NCBI GenBank assembly: GCA_963926585.1
Contig: CAWUXT010000001.1
Span: forward strand, 121,102-185,101
Source of the DNA: Candidatus Saccharimonadota bacterium
Lineage (GTDB): Bacteria > Patescibacteriota > Saccharimonadia > Saccharimonadales > Saccharimonadaceae
DNA length: 64,000 bases
Reading direction: 5' to 3'
Shown here: positions 50,701 to 59,496 of the stretch, one piece after another
Layout of the letters: every line of letters starts with the position of its first letter
Numbering within the stretch: the stretch's first letter is position 1
The notes under the pieces: generated by a model
What the model was told of the DNA's origin: nothing
What the model saw: only the letters and a program-made list of their open reading frames with translations
The model's database searches: none
Position numbers and translations under genes: made by a program

Positions 50701-50775
50701 AAGAATCACGACAAGCGCGAGGCGCAAAAGAAAAAGAAGCAGCAGCGCCAAAACCGCAAAAAGGGCCGCCGCTAG
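47764..50775 (+). CDS. secA: Preprotein translocase subunit SecA (start may be ATG near 47784)
   Basis: [78 protein letters not shown]. Confidence 0.98.
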   Translation: [1003 protein letters not shown]

Positions 50776-50802
50776 ATTGCCGCCACTAAGTTAAAATCGC
50801 CT

Positions 50803-50830
50803 AAAACACTCCGGCCACCCGGAGTGTTTT
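50803..50830. terminator. Bidirectional terminator
   Basis: AAAACACTCCGG-ccac-CCGGAGTGTTTT. Confidence 0.85.
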
Positions 50831-50897
50831 GCTTTTCGATGCATTTCGACGCTCGGCGCAATACTCGGCACGATAGGGCGGGGCGCCACACTCTTAT

Positions 50898-51608
50898 TTA
50901 GTCTTTATCTCCGTCGTCCGGTTTCTGTTGCCCCTCACCCTGTTTTACCGCTTCCTTTTGCTCGTCCTCGACGACCCAATCTGCAATAAAGTTGTAAACT
51001 TTAGGGAATAGGGCCATTGCTGCCGCTTCCTTTTGCCGAGCGTAGGTAGCGTCCTCCCGCCAATGCTCAGGGGACATGATCATTTGTACGAAATGTGAAC
51101 GATAACTACGCGACATTGTATCCGGCAGATACGGGTCAGGGAACTTCCCGGTTTCACGTTTGACCTTGTTCCGATAGAGGAAGTAGTCTGTTGATGGCCG
51201 CGAATAACCAAACAGCTCACCCAGTCGATACTGGCGCTCGTCGCTATTATCATGCTGACCATGGATTAGATCAGAAGCCTCATCCGCATACTGGGGACAA
51301 TCCTCCAGCGCAATCATCGCGGTCCTATTATCCGAATTAACGCGGGAGTAGATGCCCAGCATTTGGCAAATATCATCTGTCAGCAAAATCGAAATATAGG
51401 CAGCTTTCTTAAAGCCCACCAGAACACCAGCCAGGTCAAATAAGTTAGCCGAGTATACTGACTGACGGTGCCACAACGGAACCTCGCCAGTATAGCCCGG
51501 AGCAGCCGAGAAGTTAGCAAAGTTGGTAATATATTTTTCAGCACTGTCCAGCATAGGATCATCCAGCAGCGCCGTAACCTTAGCGATATCACGCATCATT
51601 TTTGTCAT
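50898..51608 (-). CDS. Hypothetical protein
   Basis: 236-aa ORF with TATAGT 6 nt upstream of ATG. Confidence 0.7.
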   Translation of the reverse strand: MTKMMRDIAKVTALLDDPMLDSAEKYITNFANFSAAPGYTGEVPLWHRQSVYSANLFDLAGVLVGFKKAAYISILLTDDICQMLGIYSRVNSDNRTAMIALEDCPQYADEASDLIHGQHDNSDERQYRLGELFGYSRPSTDYFLYRNKVKRETGKFPDPYLPDTMSRSYRSHFVQMIMSPEHWREDATYARQKEAAAMALFPKVYNFIADWVVEDEQKEAVKQGEGQQKPDDGDKD

Positions 51609-51811
51609 AACTCGACTATATTACTACGGACGAGACGCCTATTGCAACAGTTGTAAAATTGTGTTCTAGCTATTGATTTACACACATTTTGTGATATAAT
51701 GATAGTATTGTTAAATCAACTCTTTGGCTACCCTATGGGGCGGATGCGAATAATCTACTTGCTGCGTGGTGGCATCACGTTACTGCGGTATTCCACCTTG
51801 CCGGCTAAATA

Positions 51812-52015
51812 AAGACCCGCTCAATTATCACCGCTACATCATTAATCAGCAAAGGCATTACCGACTCCAGTTTAGTCGCCCATATGAACACAGCTAAGGC
51901 CAATGGCGTAACTAAGGAGGAAATGACTGAGCTAATCACTCACGTAGCATTCTACGCTGGCTGACCCAATGCTTGGGCAGCATTTCGCATCGCTAAGGAG
52001 GTTTACAATGACTAA
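51812..52015 (+). pseudogene. Carboxymuconolactone decarboxylase-family gene remnant (5'-truncated, TGA at a conserved Trp)
   Basis: KTRSIITATSLISKG..L.AHM.TAKANGVTKEEMTELITHVAFYAG*PNAWAAF. Confidence 0.8.
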
Positions 52016-52448
52016 AGAGGAATTTAATCAGGTCAATGTTTTTGGCCTGGGGCAGAGCAACGATGCTTATGCTCAGTACTTTACCGGCCACAGCTATTTG
52101 AACCCACTGGGTAGCACTGACGGCGGCGTCGGTTTTGCCAACGTCACCTTTGAACCAGGTTGCCGCAATAACTGGCACATCCACCACGCCAGCAAGGGTG
52201 GTGGTCAGGTACTGCTGTGTACAGCTGGCAGTGGTTGGTATCAAGCCGAGGGCGAAGAACCAATTAGTATGACGCCAGGCAGTATCGTAATCATTCCAGC
52301 TAACGTCAAACACTGGCATGGAGCCAAGAAAGATAGCTGGTTTAGCCACATCGCCGTGGAGATCCCAGGGGATAATGCTAGTACTGAATGGTTGGAGCCA
52401 GTCAGTGACGACGAGTATAATAAACTACAGGGAGGAAGTAATGACTAA
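52008..52448 (+). CDS. Cupin domain protein
   Basis: NVTFEPGCRNNWHIH..GQVLLCTAGSGWYQ..HWHGA..FSHIA; AAGGAGG SD. Confidence 0.9.
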   Translation: MTKEEFNQVNVFGLGQSNDAYAQYFTGHSYLNPLGSTDGGVGFANVTFEPGCRNNWHIHHASKGGGQVLLCTAGSGWYQAEGEEPISMTPGSIVIIPANVKHWHGAKKDSWFSHIAVEIPGDNASTEWLEPVSDDEYNKLQGGSND

Positions 52449-53322
52449 ATCTAAGGTATATTTCACTCACGAAGTCAGTCCAGAAATCCTAGTGAAAATG
52501 TATGACGCACTGGGCGTCAAGCTGCCGGGTAAAGTAGCCGTCAAGCTACATTCGGGCGAGAAGGGTAACCCTAATTACCTACGACCAGAATTTGTTAAAC
52601 CATTGATTGAGCATGTGAATGGCACAGTCGTAGAATGTAACACTGCGTATGCTGGTCAGCGTGACACCACAGAAAAGCATGTCAAGCTAATGGAGGAGCA
52701 CGGCTGGAGCAAGTATTTCGATGTAGACATCATGGATGCCGACGGTGAGGTAAAGCTAGACATTCCAGATGGTTTACGCATTAAGGAAGATTACGTCGGC
52801 AAGAATTTACTAAATTACGACTCCATGGTAGTTATGTCACATTTTAAGGGACACCCCATGGGCGGCTTTGGCGGCGCGCTAAAGCAGCTATCGATTGGCT
52901 GCGCCAGCAGCCACGGCAAGCTACACATCCACTGCGTTGGCGAAGAGGATACTCAGTCAGATATGTTCAAGGCTGATCAAATCGGCTTTATTGAGTCGAT
53001 GGCGGACGCCGCTAGCGCCGTTGCTAAGCATTTCAGTGACAACGTTGTTTATCTAAACGCCATGGTTAATTTAAGCGTCGACTGCGACTGCTGCGGTGAA
53101 GGAACCAACCCCGAGCTGCCATGCATGCAGGATATCGGCATCCTAGCTAGCACTGATCCAATCGCGATTGATCAAGCCTGTATTGATTTAATCTGGAATT
53201 CCGACGACCCCGGCCGCGACCACTTTATTGAGCGCGTCGAATCTTGCCACGGTCGTCACATTCTAGAGGCCGCCGCGCAGCTAGGCTTTGGCAGTCGAGA
53301 ATACGAGCTAGTAGAACTCTAG
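52441..53322 (+). CDS. DUF362 domain protein
   Basis: VAVKLHSGE, VVECNTAY, SHFKGHPMGGFGGALKQLSIG, DCDC, ASTDPIAIDQA. Confidence 0.88.
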   Translation: MTKSKVYFTHEVSPEILVKMYDALGVKLPGKVAVKLHSGEKGNPNYLRPEFVKPLIEHVNGTVVECNTAYAGQRDTTEKHVKLMEEHGWSKYFDVDIMDADGEVKLDIPDGLRIKEDYVGKNLLNYDSMVVMSHFKGHPMGGFGGALKQLSIGCASSHGKLHIHCVGEEDTQSDMFKADQIGFIESMADAASAVAKHFSDNVVYLNAMVNLSVDCDCCGEGTNPELPCMQDIGILASTDPIAIDQACIDLIWNSDDPGRDHFIERVESCHGRHILEAAAQLGFGSREYELVEL

Positions 53323-53448
53323 TTATTCACTCAGTCAATAGCTCTGCGTCAAACAAATAATAGCCCACAGCGGGCTATTATTTTTATATAGTGATATAAT
53401 ATACCTGCTATGTCAATTACCGGTTAGCACCGGTCGAACCTAAGGAGT

Positions 53449-53862
53449 ATGTTAATGATATTGCAGACATATAACGGCCAGCTATCAGCAGTGCCGGTTT
53501 CCACCGATAGTCGCCAATTGACGCAACTGATTGAGCAGGCTATTGCCAGTAGTCCCACTGTCGTCAAGGACGTTTGGGTTACGCACGTAAACCCTTATCG
53601 CACCGTCAAGCAGCGCAACGGACTGTTGCTGGAACTGTGGCTATCCACCACTGATCCGGCTGAGCAAAACCAATCAGGCAGCACAGTACACGAGCCAGAT
53701 TACGTCGCCCTGGTCAACGCCAGCAATATGGACCGATTGGCGCTAGCCGCTAACCGATCGCTGGCAAGATTCAGTATCGGCTCCATGCCGGGGATTAAAC
53801 TCCAAGTTATTCTGGATCCTCGCAACCACTATGATGTCTTGGCCATTCGTCCATCAGATTAA
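53449..53862 (+). CDS. Hypothetical protein
   Basis: 137-aa ORF with AAGGAG SD and a terminator. Confidence 0.6.
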   Translation: MLMILQTYNGQLSAVPVSTDSRQLTQLIEQAIASSPTVVKDVWVTHVNPYRTVKQRNGLLLELWLSTTDPAEQNQSGSTVHEPDYVALVNASNMDRLALAANRSLARFSIGSMPGIKLQVILDPRNHYDVLAIRPSD

Positions 53863-53949
53863 CCAGCTCCTTCGCCCCGCCTCGGCGGGGCCTTTCTATG
53901 CAAAACTGCAATTAAACCACTATTCAGAGGACTAGTCAAATTTGACAAA

Positions 53950-54621
53950 TTGTGCTATAGTTTATATGACATGAAAGCGGATATGGTTTATCACAACAGC
54001 ACAATGCCTGAATTATCTGATAGCCTGGCCACCATTGCCCAAGCATTGGGCTTCCTATTGGCCCTACATCCTCAGCACAAAATGAACCAGCTAAAGTTGG
54101 TACAGTTGCTGTGGGCGGCCGACCGCTTACACCTACGCCAGTACGGTGGTACTATCACGGAATCCGCCTACTGGGCAACTGTCAATGGGCCAATCAGCAC
54201 TGTTGCGCTGGCCGTAGTTGAACAGAATGGCCACATCCTGACGGCCAATGAAATCACCAGCCTGCAACAATCCTTTACCAGCGATGACACCAATATCAGT
54301 CTATGCAACCGAGTGGATAACGACTGTTTATCCGACACCGCCATGGAGGTGCTGACTAAGGCTTATCGTTTATTTGGCACGAAATCCGCAGCTGAGCTGG
54401 GGCAGATTAGTCGGCGCTATCCCGAATGGAGTAAGTTCAAGGCTTTGTTTGCTAGCGGTGAACGTGCACCGCAGCCCATTGACAAGCTAGACTTTTTCAA
54501 GAATCCTCGACATAGCGATAAGTATTTTGCCATGGATTCAAACATACTATCTGACGCCAAGATGATTTACTTAGAGGACTGTGAGCTACTGGCCGCCGTC
54601 AATAATCCCGACGGGGCGTAG
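53950..54621 (+). CDS. Panacea (DUF4065/SocA-like) antitoxin domain protein
   Basis: LKLVQLLWAADRLHLRQYGGTITESAYWATVNGPIS, S...HE/RYPEW pattern. Confidence 0.7.
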   Translation: MCYSLYDMKADMVYHNSTMPELSDSLATIAQALGFLLALHPQHKMNQLKLVQLLWAADRLHLRQYGGTITESAYWATVNGPISTVALAVVEQNGHILTANEITSLQQSFTSDDTNISLCNRVDNDCLSDTAMEVLTKAYRLFGTKSAAELGQISRRYPEWSKFKALFASGERAPQPIDKLDFFKNPRHSDKYFAMDSNILSDAKMIYLEDCELLAAVNNPDGA

Positions 54622-54624
54622 ACC

Positions 54625-55326
54625 ATGGACAACGGTGTGCAGCATAATAAACGAGTTAGAGGCAAGATTTCCGATGTTAAACTGGAGCAGGGTAGCGTCA
54701 TCCGCATTCGCGGCAATCCGCCGTTTTCCAGTGACAAATTCCACGTTTTTGTCGTCCTAAACACCGACCCGACCGGTGATTGCGTCCTAGTAACAGTTAA
54801 CGGTACCACCCAGTACGAGCACCGCGCCCAGTTTTACGAACGGATTGGCATCCCGCGTGACAAGCAGCCCATGCTACACATCAGGGCCAACACATACGAC
54901 TTTTTCTCGCGCGACACCTGGATTGATTGCCACCGTGTTCTAGCTTTTAAGCTGTCCCAGGTACGCCGGCGTAACATCCTACTAATCAACGAGAAGGTTA
55001 GTGATGCGGATTTGCAGTGGCTGATCCAGCGCGTCCTCGAGAGTCGTCGCGTCAAACTACGCCACAAGAAGTTGGTCGACCCCACCTATGTCGGCCATAA
55101 CCAGTATAAGTACCCCTACCAGCCGGGACAGAATGAGCCAGTTAAGCCAGCGGCTACACCGACCGAGCAAGGTGAAACAGCTGGTCAAGATGAGGCGGTA
55201 ACACGAAATGAAGCAACGGAGCAGAGTGGGTTAGACCATACAAGCGGTCAAAACAACGCCAAACAGCAGGGCGAGCTAAACCAGATTGGCAACCACGAGC
55301 GGGTTGATGGTGTAGTAGTCGCCTAG
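54625..55326 (+). CDS. Putative PemK/MazF-like toxin with low-complexity tail
   Basis: QGSVIRI..FHVFVVLN..LVTVNGTT..YDFFSRDTWIDCHRV; 3 nt downstream of the Panacea gene. Confidence 0.5.
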   Translation: MDNGVQHNKRVRGKISDVKLEQGSVIRIRGNPPFSSDKFHVFVVLNTDPTGDCVLVTVNGTTQYEHRAQFYERIGIPRDKQPMLHIRANTYDFFSRDTWIDCHRVLAFKLSQVRRRNILLINEKVSDADLQWLIQRVLESRRVKLRHKKLVDPTYVGHNQYKYPYQPGQNEPVKPAATPTEQGETAGQDEAVTRNEATEQSGLDHTSGQNNAKQQGELNQIGNHERVDGVVVA

Positions 55327-55498
55327 AAATTAATGTGTCAAAGATAGTCTTTAGGTTAGTTGGCAGCCAGAAAGTCTCCCAACTACTTAATTCGTAGGAA
55401 GCGCCAGCAAAGCCGAGCGGAACCCGATGAGCGAACTGCCGTAGCCAGCGTTGTAGTCCTTTCGTTTAATATGTATTTATTTTAGCATACAATCGTCA

Positions 55499-56095
55499 TC
55501 ATTCGACAACTTTCACTAGCTCGTCGCCACCTTTGCGCTCTTTGTCGCCGGGGCGACTGACAATACCACCGTAGACCATTTGGCCCACCAGCTGATAGTT
55601 ATCCGGGATGTTCCAGGTTGACTTGACCTCATCATCAATTAACGGATTGTAGTGCTGAATATTGGCGCCAACGTTAATTTCCGCCAGACTATTCCAGATA
55701 TTGACCATGGCAATACCCAAATCCTGCCACGACCAAGCATCCATCTCGGCAGCGTAGGTGGCGTAATCCTTTTTCATCTGTTCCACGGCGTCCAAATCGC
55801 GCAGCAACAGGATAGTGCCATGGGCCTTGCTGAAGGTTTGCAACTTGATTTCAGTGCGCTTAAACGGCTCAGGCGGGACAATCTTCTGCAAAGTGTCGTG
55901 GACAATTTGATCCCATAACTTTTTATGATCATCACCGGTCAGAACGACCGCATGAATATCCTGCATCATAAAGGCCGTGGGGGAGAGCGACGCTGCTTCC
56001 TTAATCCGTGACACTACCACCTCCCGACTAACCGGTAGTTGATCGTTCAGAATATAGATTGAACGACGAGTTTTTAAGATATCCGAATATGCCAT
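55499..56095 (-). CDS. Nitroreductase family protein
   Basis: ILKTRRSIY, SPTAFMMQ, IGANIQHYNPLID, WNIP..LVGQMVYG. Confidence 0.88.
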   Translation of the reverse strand: MAYSDILKTRRSIYILNDQLPVSREVVVSRIKEAASLSPTAFMMQDIHAVVLTGDDHKKLWDQIVHDTLQKIVPPEPFKRTEIKLQTFSKAHGTILLLRDLDAVEQMKKDYATYAAEMDAWSWQDLGIAMVNIWNSLAEINVGANIQHYNPLIDDEVKSTWNIPDNYQLVGQMVYGGIVSRPGDKERKGGDELVKVVE

Positions 56096-56262
56096 AATCC
56101 TCCTGTTTTACATATTTATTTTACATGATTTACCATAACGCCCGCCACCATGTCTCAAGTTAGTTCAAGCAAGTTATCAAGCAGCGAGAGCCCCAGCACA
56201 AAAGCGCGCGGCTATCTAACACCTCATGTTGCATTGATGCTGTGAATTTGATTAAATGGATA

Positions 56263-56420
56263 GTGACTAAAACCAGTTAATTAATGCGTCAAACGTATTT
56301 TTACGTCGTAGCTCTAATTAGCACCCAGAATAGACGCCGAGAGGCTAATCGGGTACTAGTTAGTAGCAATACGACGCTAGATTATCTGGTTTTAGTCACC
56401 CTCGCGGCGTCTATTTTTGA
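56263..56420 (+). ncRNA. Putative structured leader RNA (rod plus loop-tail pseudoknot and U tract)
   Basis: GTGACTAAAACCAG/CTGGTTTTAGTCAC (14 bp), CGTCGTA/TACGACG, CTAATTAG/CTAGTTAG, ACCC/GGGT; loop 56329-56344 complementary to 56400-56415. Confidence 0.6.
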
Positions 56421-56488
56421 TATTTGAAACCAGATAACCCAATTTAGATACCGCTATCACTAACTAACCAGAATAGGGGTATCAACTA

Positions 56489-59131
56489 ATGGGTGGTATA
56501 ACAACAACTATAGGCAAAGTTAAATATATCGGTATAGCCTCATTAACTATAGCTATACTATCAATCCTTATACTTAATATTATTTCTTCTTATTCATCAT
56601 CCAATATTGAATCCAATGCTATAGATAGTAACAGTGAAGTATCTACCTTAGCCAATGATTCTTCTATCTGCAATCCTACTAACACTAATGCAGCAGCCTG
56701 CATTAGTCTGTCTATTACTTCATCATCCTCTTCGTCTACCGGTGGCAATGATGCCAATCTCTCCCTTACGATACCTCAGGGAGGTGGTATTGCCACCGGT
56801 AGACACACCGTCAGTGTAAGTAGTAATAATGTAGCAGGATACTACGTTATGCTAACTGGTAATGCTGGTAGTCCAGCCATGACACCATCTGCCACCACCA
56901 GCCAAGCCTTTATTCAATCTACAACTGGCACTCTAGCTAATCCAACCTATCTAGATAAAGGGCAATGGGGGAGTTGGGGTATAGCATTACCAAATAGTTC
57001 TCTCTATACAGGCTTTAATACTAACGAAATGGACTATAGTAGTACTGACCAGGATGTTCTACATAAGACTACTTGGGCAGCTGTACCAGGTAAGGAGTCT
57101 GATGACAGCGATAAAACTATTATTAAGACAACTGCTTCGTCTAAGAAGACAGATAGCTATCCAGTCTACTATGGTGTGAGAGTAGACAGTCCAGTATCTG
57201 TACCCGCTGATACCTACGCTGCCCAAGTAGTCTATACAGCTACAACCAATGAAGTACCAATGCCAACCATCACATCAACAAGTAGTAATGCCTATGAACT
57301 AGGTAGTGGAGCAGATAGTACAGTAACTATAACAGGTACTAATCTAGCTAGTACGTATAAGGTCTATATAGAAAGTAATACAGACAGTACTAAGCAATAC
57401 GACATTACTAATACCATTACCAACCTTACAGATACAGGCCTAACAGTCACTATACCAACAGACCAAACCAACCCAGACCTAGAACCAGGCGATTACACCA
57501 TCCATGTGGTGACGCAGGGTGGGGAGGGGAGTGCTGGGTTTAGCTATACCAGAAAGACTTTACCCGATGGCATACTTGAGTCAACTGATGACTATGGTGA
57601 GGATGGGCATGTAGCAGTGGATTATGATGAGAATATGATACCGGTTACCTATATAGATAATGAGACAACTCCCAGGTGGGTAATTGCTGACCCTAGCAAT
57701 AACAATGCTAATGATAGCTTAAATTGGTATAACTACCCCGCTAAGAAGTGGGCCAATGCAGTCACCCTTACGGAAGAGGGATTAGCTAAATACAAAGGGC
57801 AGTCTGTAGGTACTGAGATTGATGAACAATATGTATTAGGTTATTGGGTGTATATCCCGAGATATGCGTATAAGGTTATGCGCAAGGAAGTAGCAGACAA
57901 AGTAGTTACTGATGATGAAGCAAAGAATAATGGTAAAGGTGGCTTTGAAATAGTCTTTGAAACAAGCAGCGATGTTGTCAAGGAGCCGGCCGCATGCAAC
58001 AATTCTAATGCCAACCAATACTACCAAGACTGCATTAAAAACCAATATGGTGATGTGGGCATAAACTATCCTGGCAATAATAGTGAGCTAAGCAACAAAA
58101 CGGCTTGGGCAACGCATCCCGCCTTTACCTGGCAGTACACTGAGGAGATTAATGGATTTGACAAAACTTATGAGCTAAACGGTTTTTGGATAGGAAAGTT
58201 TGAGATGACCGGTAGTACTAGTCGACCAACAGTATTGCCAAATCGAAGACACTTAAGCGGTAACGGTGTATCAAATAGAATAGGCAGCTACTATAGTATA
58301 TCCAAAAGCATTGGCGCCGAAGACATTAACAATAAATACGGCAGCACAGTTCAAACAAGTTACAATAACGGTAAAGGGTACCATAACTTAGATAGCTTCA
58401 ATAGTCATATGCTAAAAAATCGTGAGTGGGGAGCAGTTGCGTATTTAAGCGCCAACAGCAAATACGGTTCGGGCATCAACGGTGTCCAGATTAATGCAAA
58501 CGAGACTTATGGCAACGATGATGACGGCCGGCAAAGTTCTAGCATAACCGGATGTGGCCCAAAAGCAAACGGCGATGAGGACTACTACTACAGTTCAGGT
58601 ACGCTTGGTACAACCGGCGCCTGCGACCCGTACGACACTAGCAAAACTTATAATGGCTCCAAGGGTATCCTAGCAAGCACATCTGGCAATGTACATGGCG
58701 TTTACGATATGTCTGGTGCAGCATGGGAATATGTTGCTGGTGGGTACACCATTAACTATGCACAGTCAAGCACCTCGCAGTTTGTGAATGCCGCCAAGCC
58801 ACCTTATGTCGATCTGTACGTAAACCCACCCTTTAATAGTAGTAACGTCGGAACCTTCAATGAGAATATGTGTACATGGGAACTCTGCGGTGGACAGGCG
58901 CTATATGAAACCAAAACAGCACAAAACATAGGCTATAGCATGTATCCCCAGACATGGGGAGACGATTACACAGATTTCGTCTACGCAGATCAAACGTGGT
59001 TTGCTCGAGGTGGCTTTGGCGCATATACCGAGGACGCAGGCCTCTTTGGTGCAAAAGGCGATAGCGGGGGCAGTGGAGGGCGATATGACCAGCACGGTTT
59101 TCGCGTTACCTTGCTAGTCCTAATGGATTAA
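56489..59131 (+). CDS. Large surface protein, paralog of 6728-9577 (TM, WxL-like, TIG, C-type-lectin/FGE-like)
   Basis: Shared SSYSSS.IESNAIDSNSEVSTLANDSS, GGIATG.HTV, WVYIPRYAY, NGFWIGKFE, EWGAVAYL, GVYDMSG, WFARGG..GFRV. Confidence 0.85.
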   Translation: MGGITTTIGKVKYIGIASLTIAILSILILNIISSYSSSNIESNAIDSNSEVSTLANDSSICNPTNTNAAACISLSITSSSSSSTGGNDANLSLTIPQGGGIATGRHTVSVSSNNVAGYYVMLTGNAGSPAMTPSATTSQAFIQSTTGTLANPTYLDKGQWGSWGIALPNSSLYTGFNTNEMDYSSTDQDVLHKTTWAAVPGKESDDSDKTIIKTTASSKKTDSYPVYYGVRVDSPVSVPADTYAAQVVYTATTNEVPMPTITSTSSNAYELGSGADSTVTITGTNLASTYKVYIESNTDSTKQYDITNTITNLTDTGLTVTIPTDQTNPDLEPGDYTIHVVTQGGEGSAGFSYTRKTLPDGILESTDDYGEDGHVAVDYDENMIPVTYIDNETTPRWVIADPSNNNANDSLNWYNYPAKKWANAVTLTEEGLAKYKGQSVGTEIDEQYVLGYWVYIPRYAYKVMRKEVADKVVTDDEAKNNGKGGFEIVFETSSDVVKEPAACNNSNANQYYQDCIKNQYGDVGINYPGNNSELSNKTAWATHPAFTWQYTEEINGFDKTYELNGFWIGKFEMTGSTSRPTVLPNRRHLSGNGVSNRIGSYYSISKSIGAEDINNKYGSTVQTSYNNGKGYHNLDSFNSHMLKNREWGAVAYLSANSKYGSGINGVQINANETYGNDDDGRQSSSITGCGPKANGDEDYYYSSGTLGTTGACDPYDTSKTYNGSKGILASTSGNVHGVYDMSGAAWEYVAGGYTINYAQSSTSQFVNAAKPPYVDLYVNPPFNSSNVGTFNENMCTWELCGGQALYETKTAQNIGYSMYPQTWGDDYTDFVYADQTWFARGGFGAYTEDAGLFGAKGDSGGSGGRYDQHGFRVTLLVLMD

Positions 59132-59158
59132 GCGGATGAATTCATACATATTAATTTA

Positions 59159-59180
59159 GGGGCGGTCCGATGACCGCCCC
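59159..59180. terminator. Terminator
   Basis: GGGGCGGTC-cgat-GACCGCCCC. Confidence 0.65.
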
Positions 59181-59223
59181 GTTGTTGCGCCTCTATGGGA
59201 TACAAGCCCGACAATTGCTACGA

Positions 59224-59496
59224 TTAGCAGCGGAAATACTGATCCATCAGCTCCTTAATCTTAGCTCGCATAGCCGGATCAGTTTCACGACACCCGCCGT
59301 CGGAGGGTGGGTCATCAAACCACCAGCGCTCTCGCTCCTGATAATGATAGTTGTCATCATAACGGACATCCAGCGCCACAAAGGCTCGCTGGCGCCCCTC
59401 CCAGTCTTGAGCGTAACCGCTTCGAATCGCATAGTGCTCAGCCATAAGATCCACCTCCAAAGGAACGTACATAAATGTATGGTAATATTTTAGCAT
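59224..59496 (-). CDS. Hypothetical protein
   Basis: Short ORF, likely from a downstream ATG; no family recognised. Confidence 0.45.
   Translation of the reverse strand: MLKYYHTFMYVPLEVDLMAEHYAIRSGYAQDWEGRQRAFVALDVRYDDNYHYQERERWWFDDPPSDGGCRETDPAMRAKIKELMDQYFRC

Noticed and set aside
56284-56427. 47-codon ORF inside the second leader (possible leader peptide)
   Set aside because: No SD, no biased amino-acid run and no counterpart in the first leader; base-pairing explains the region better.
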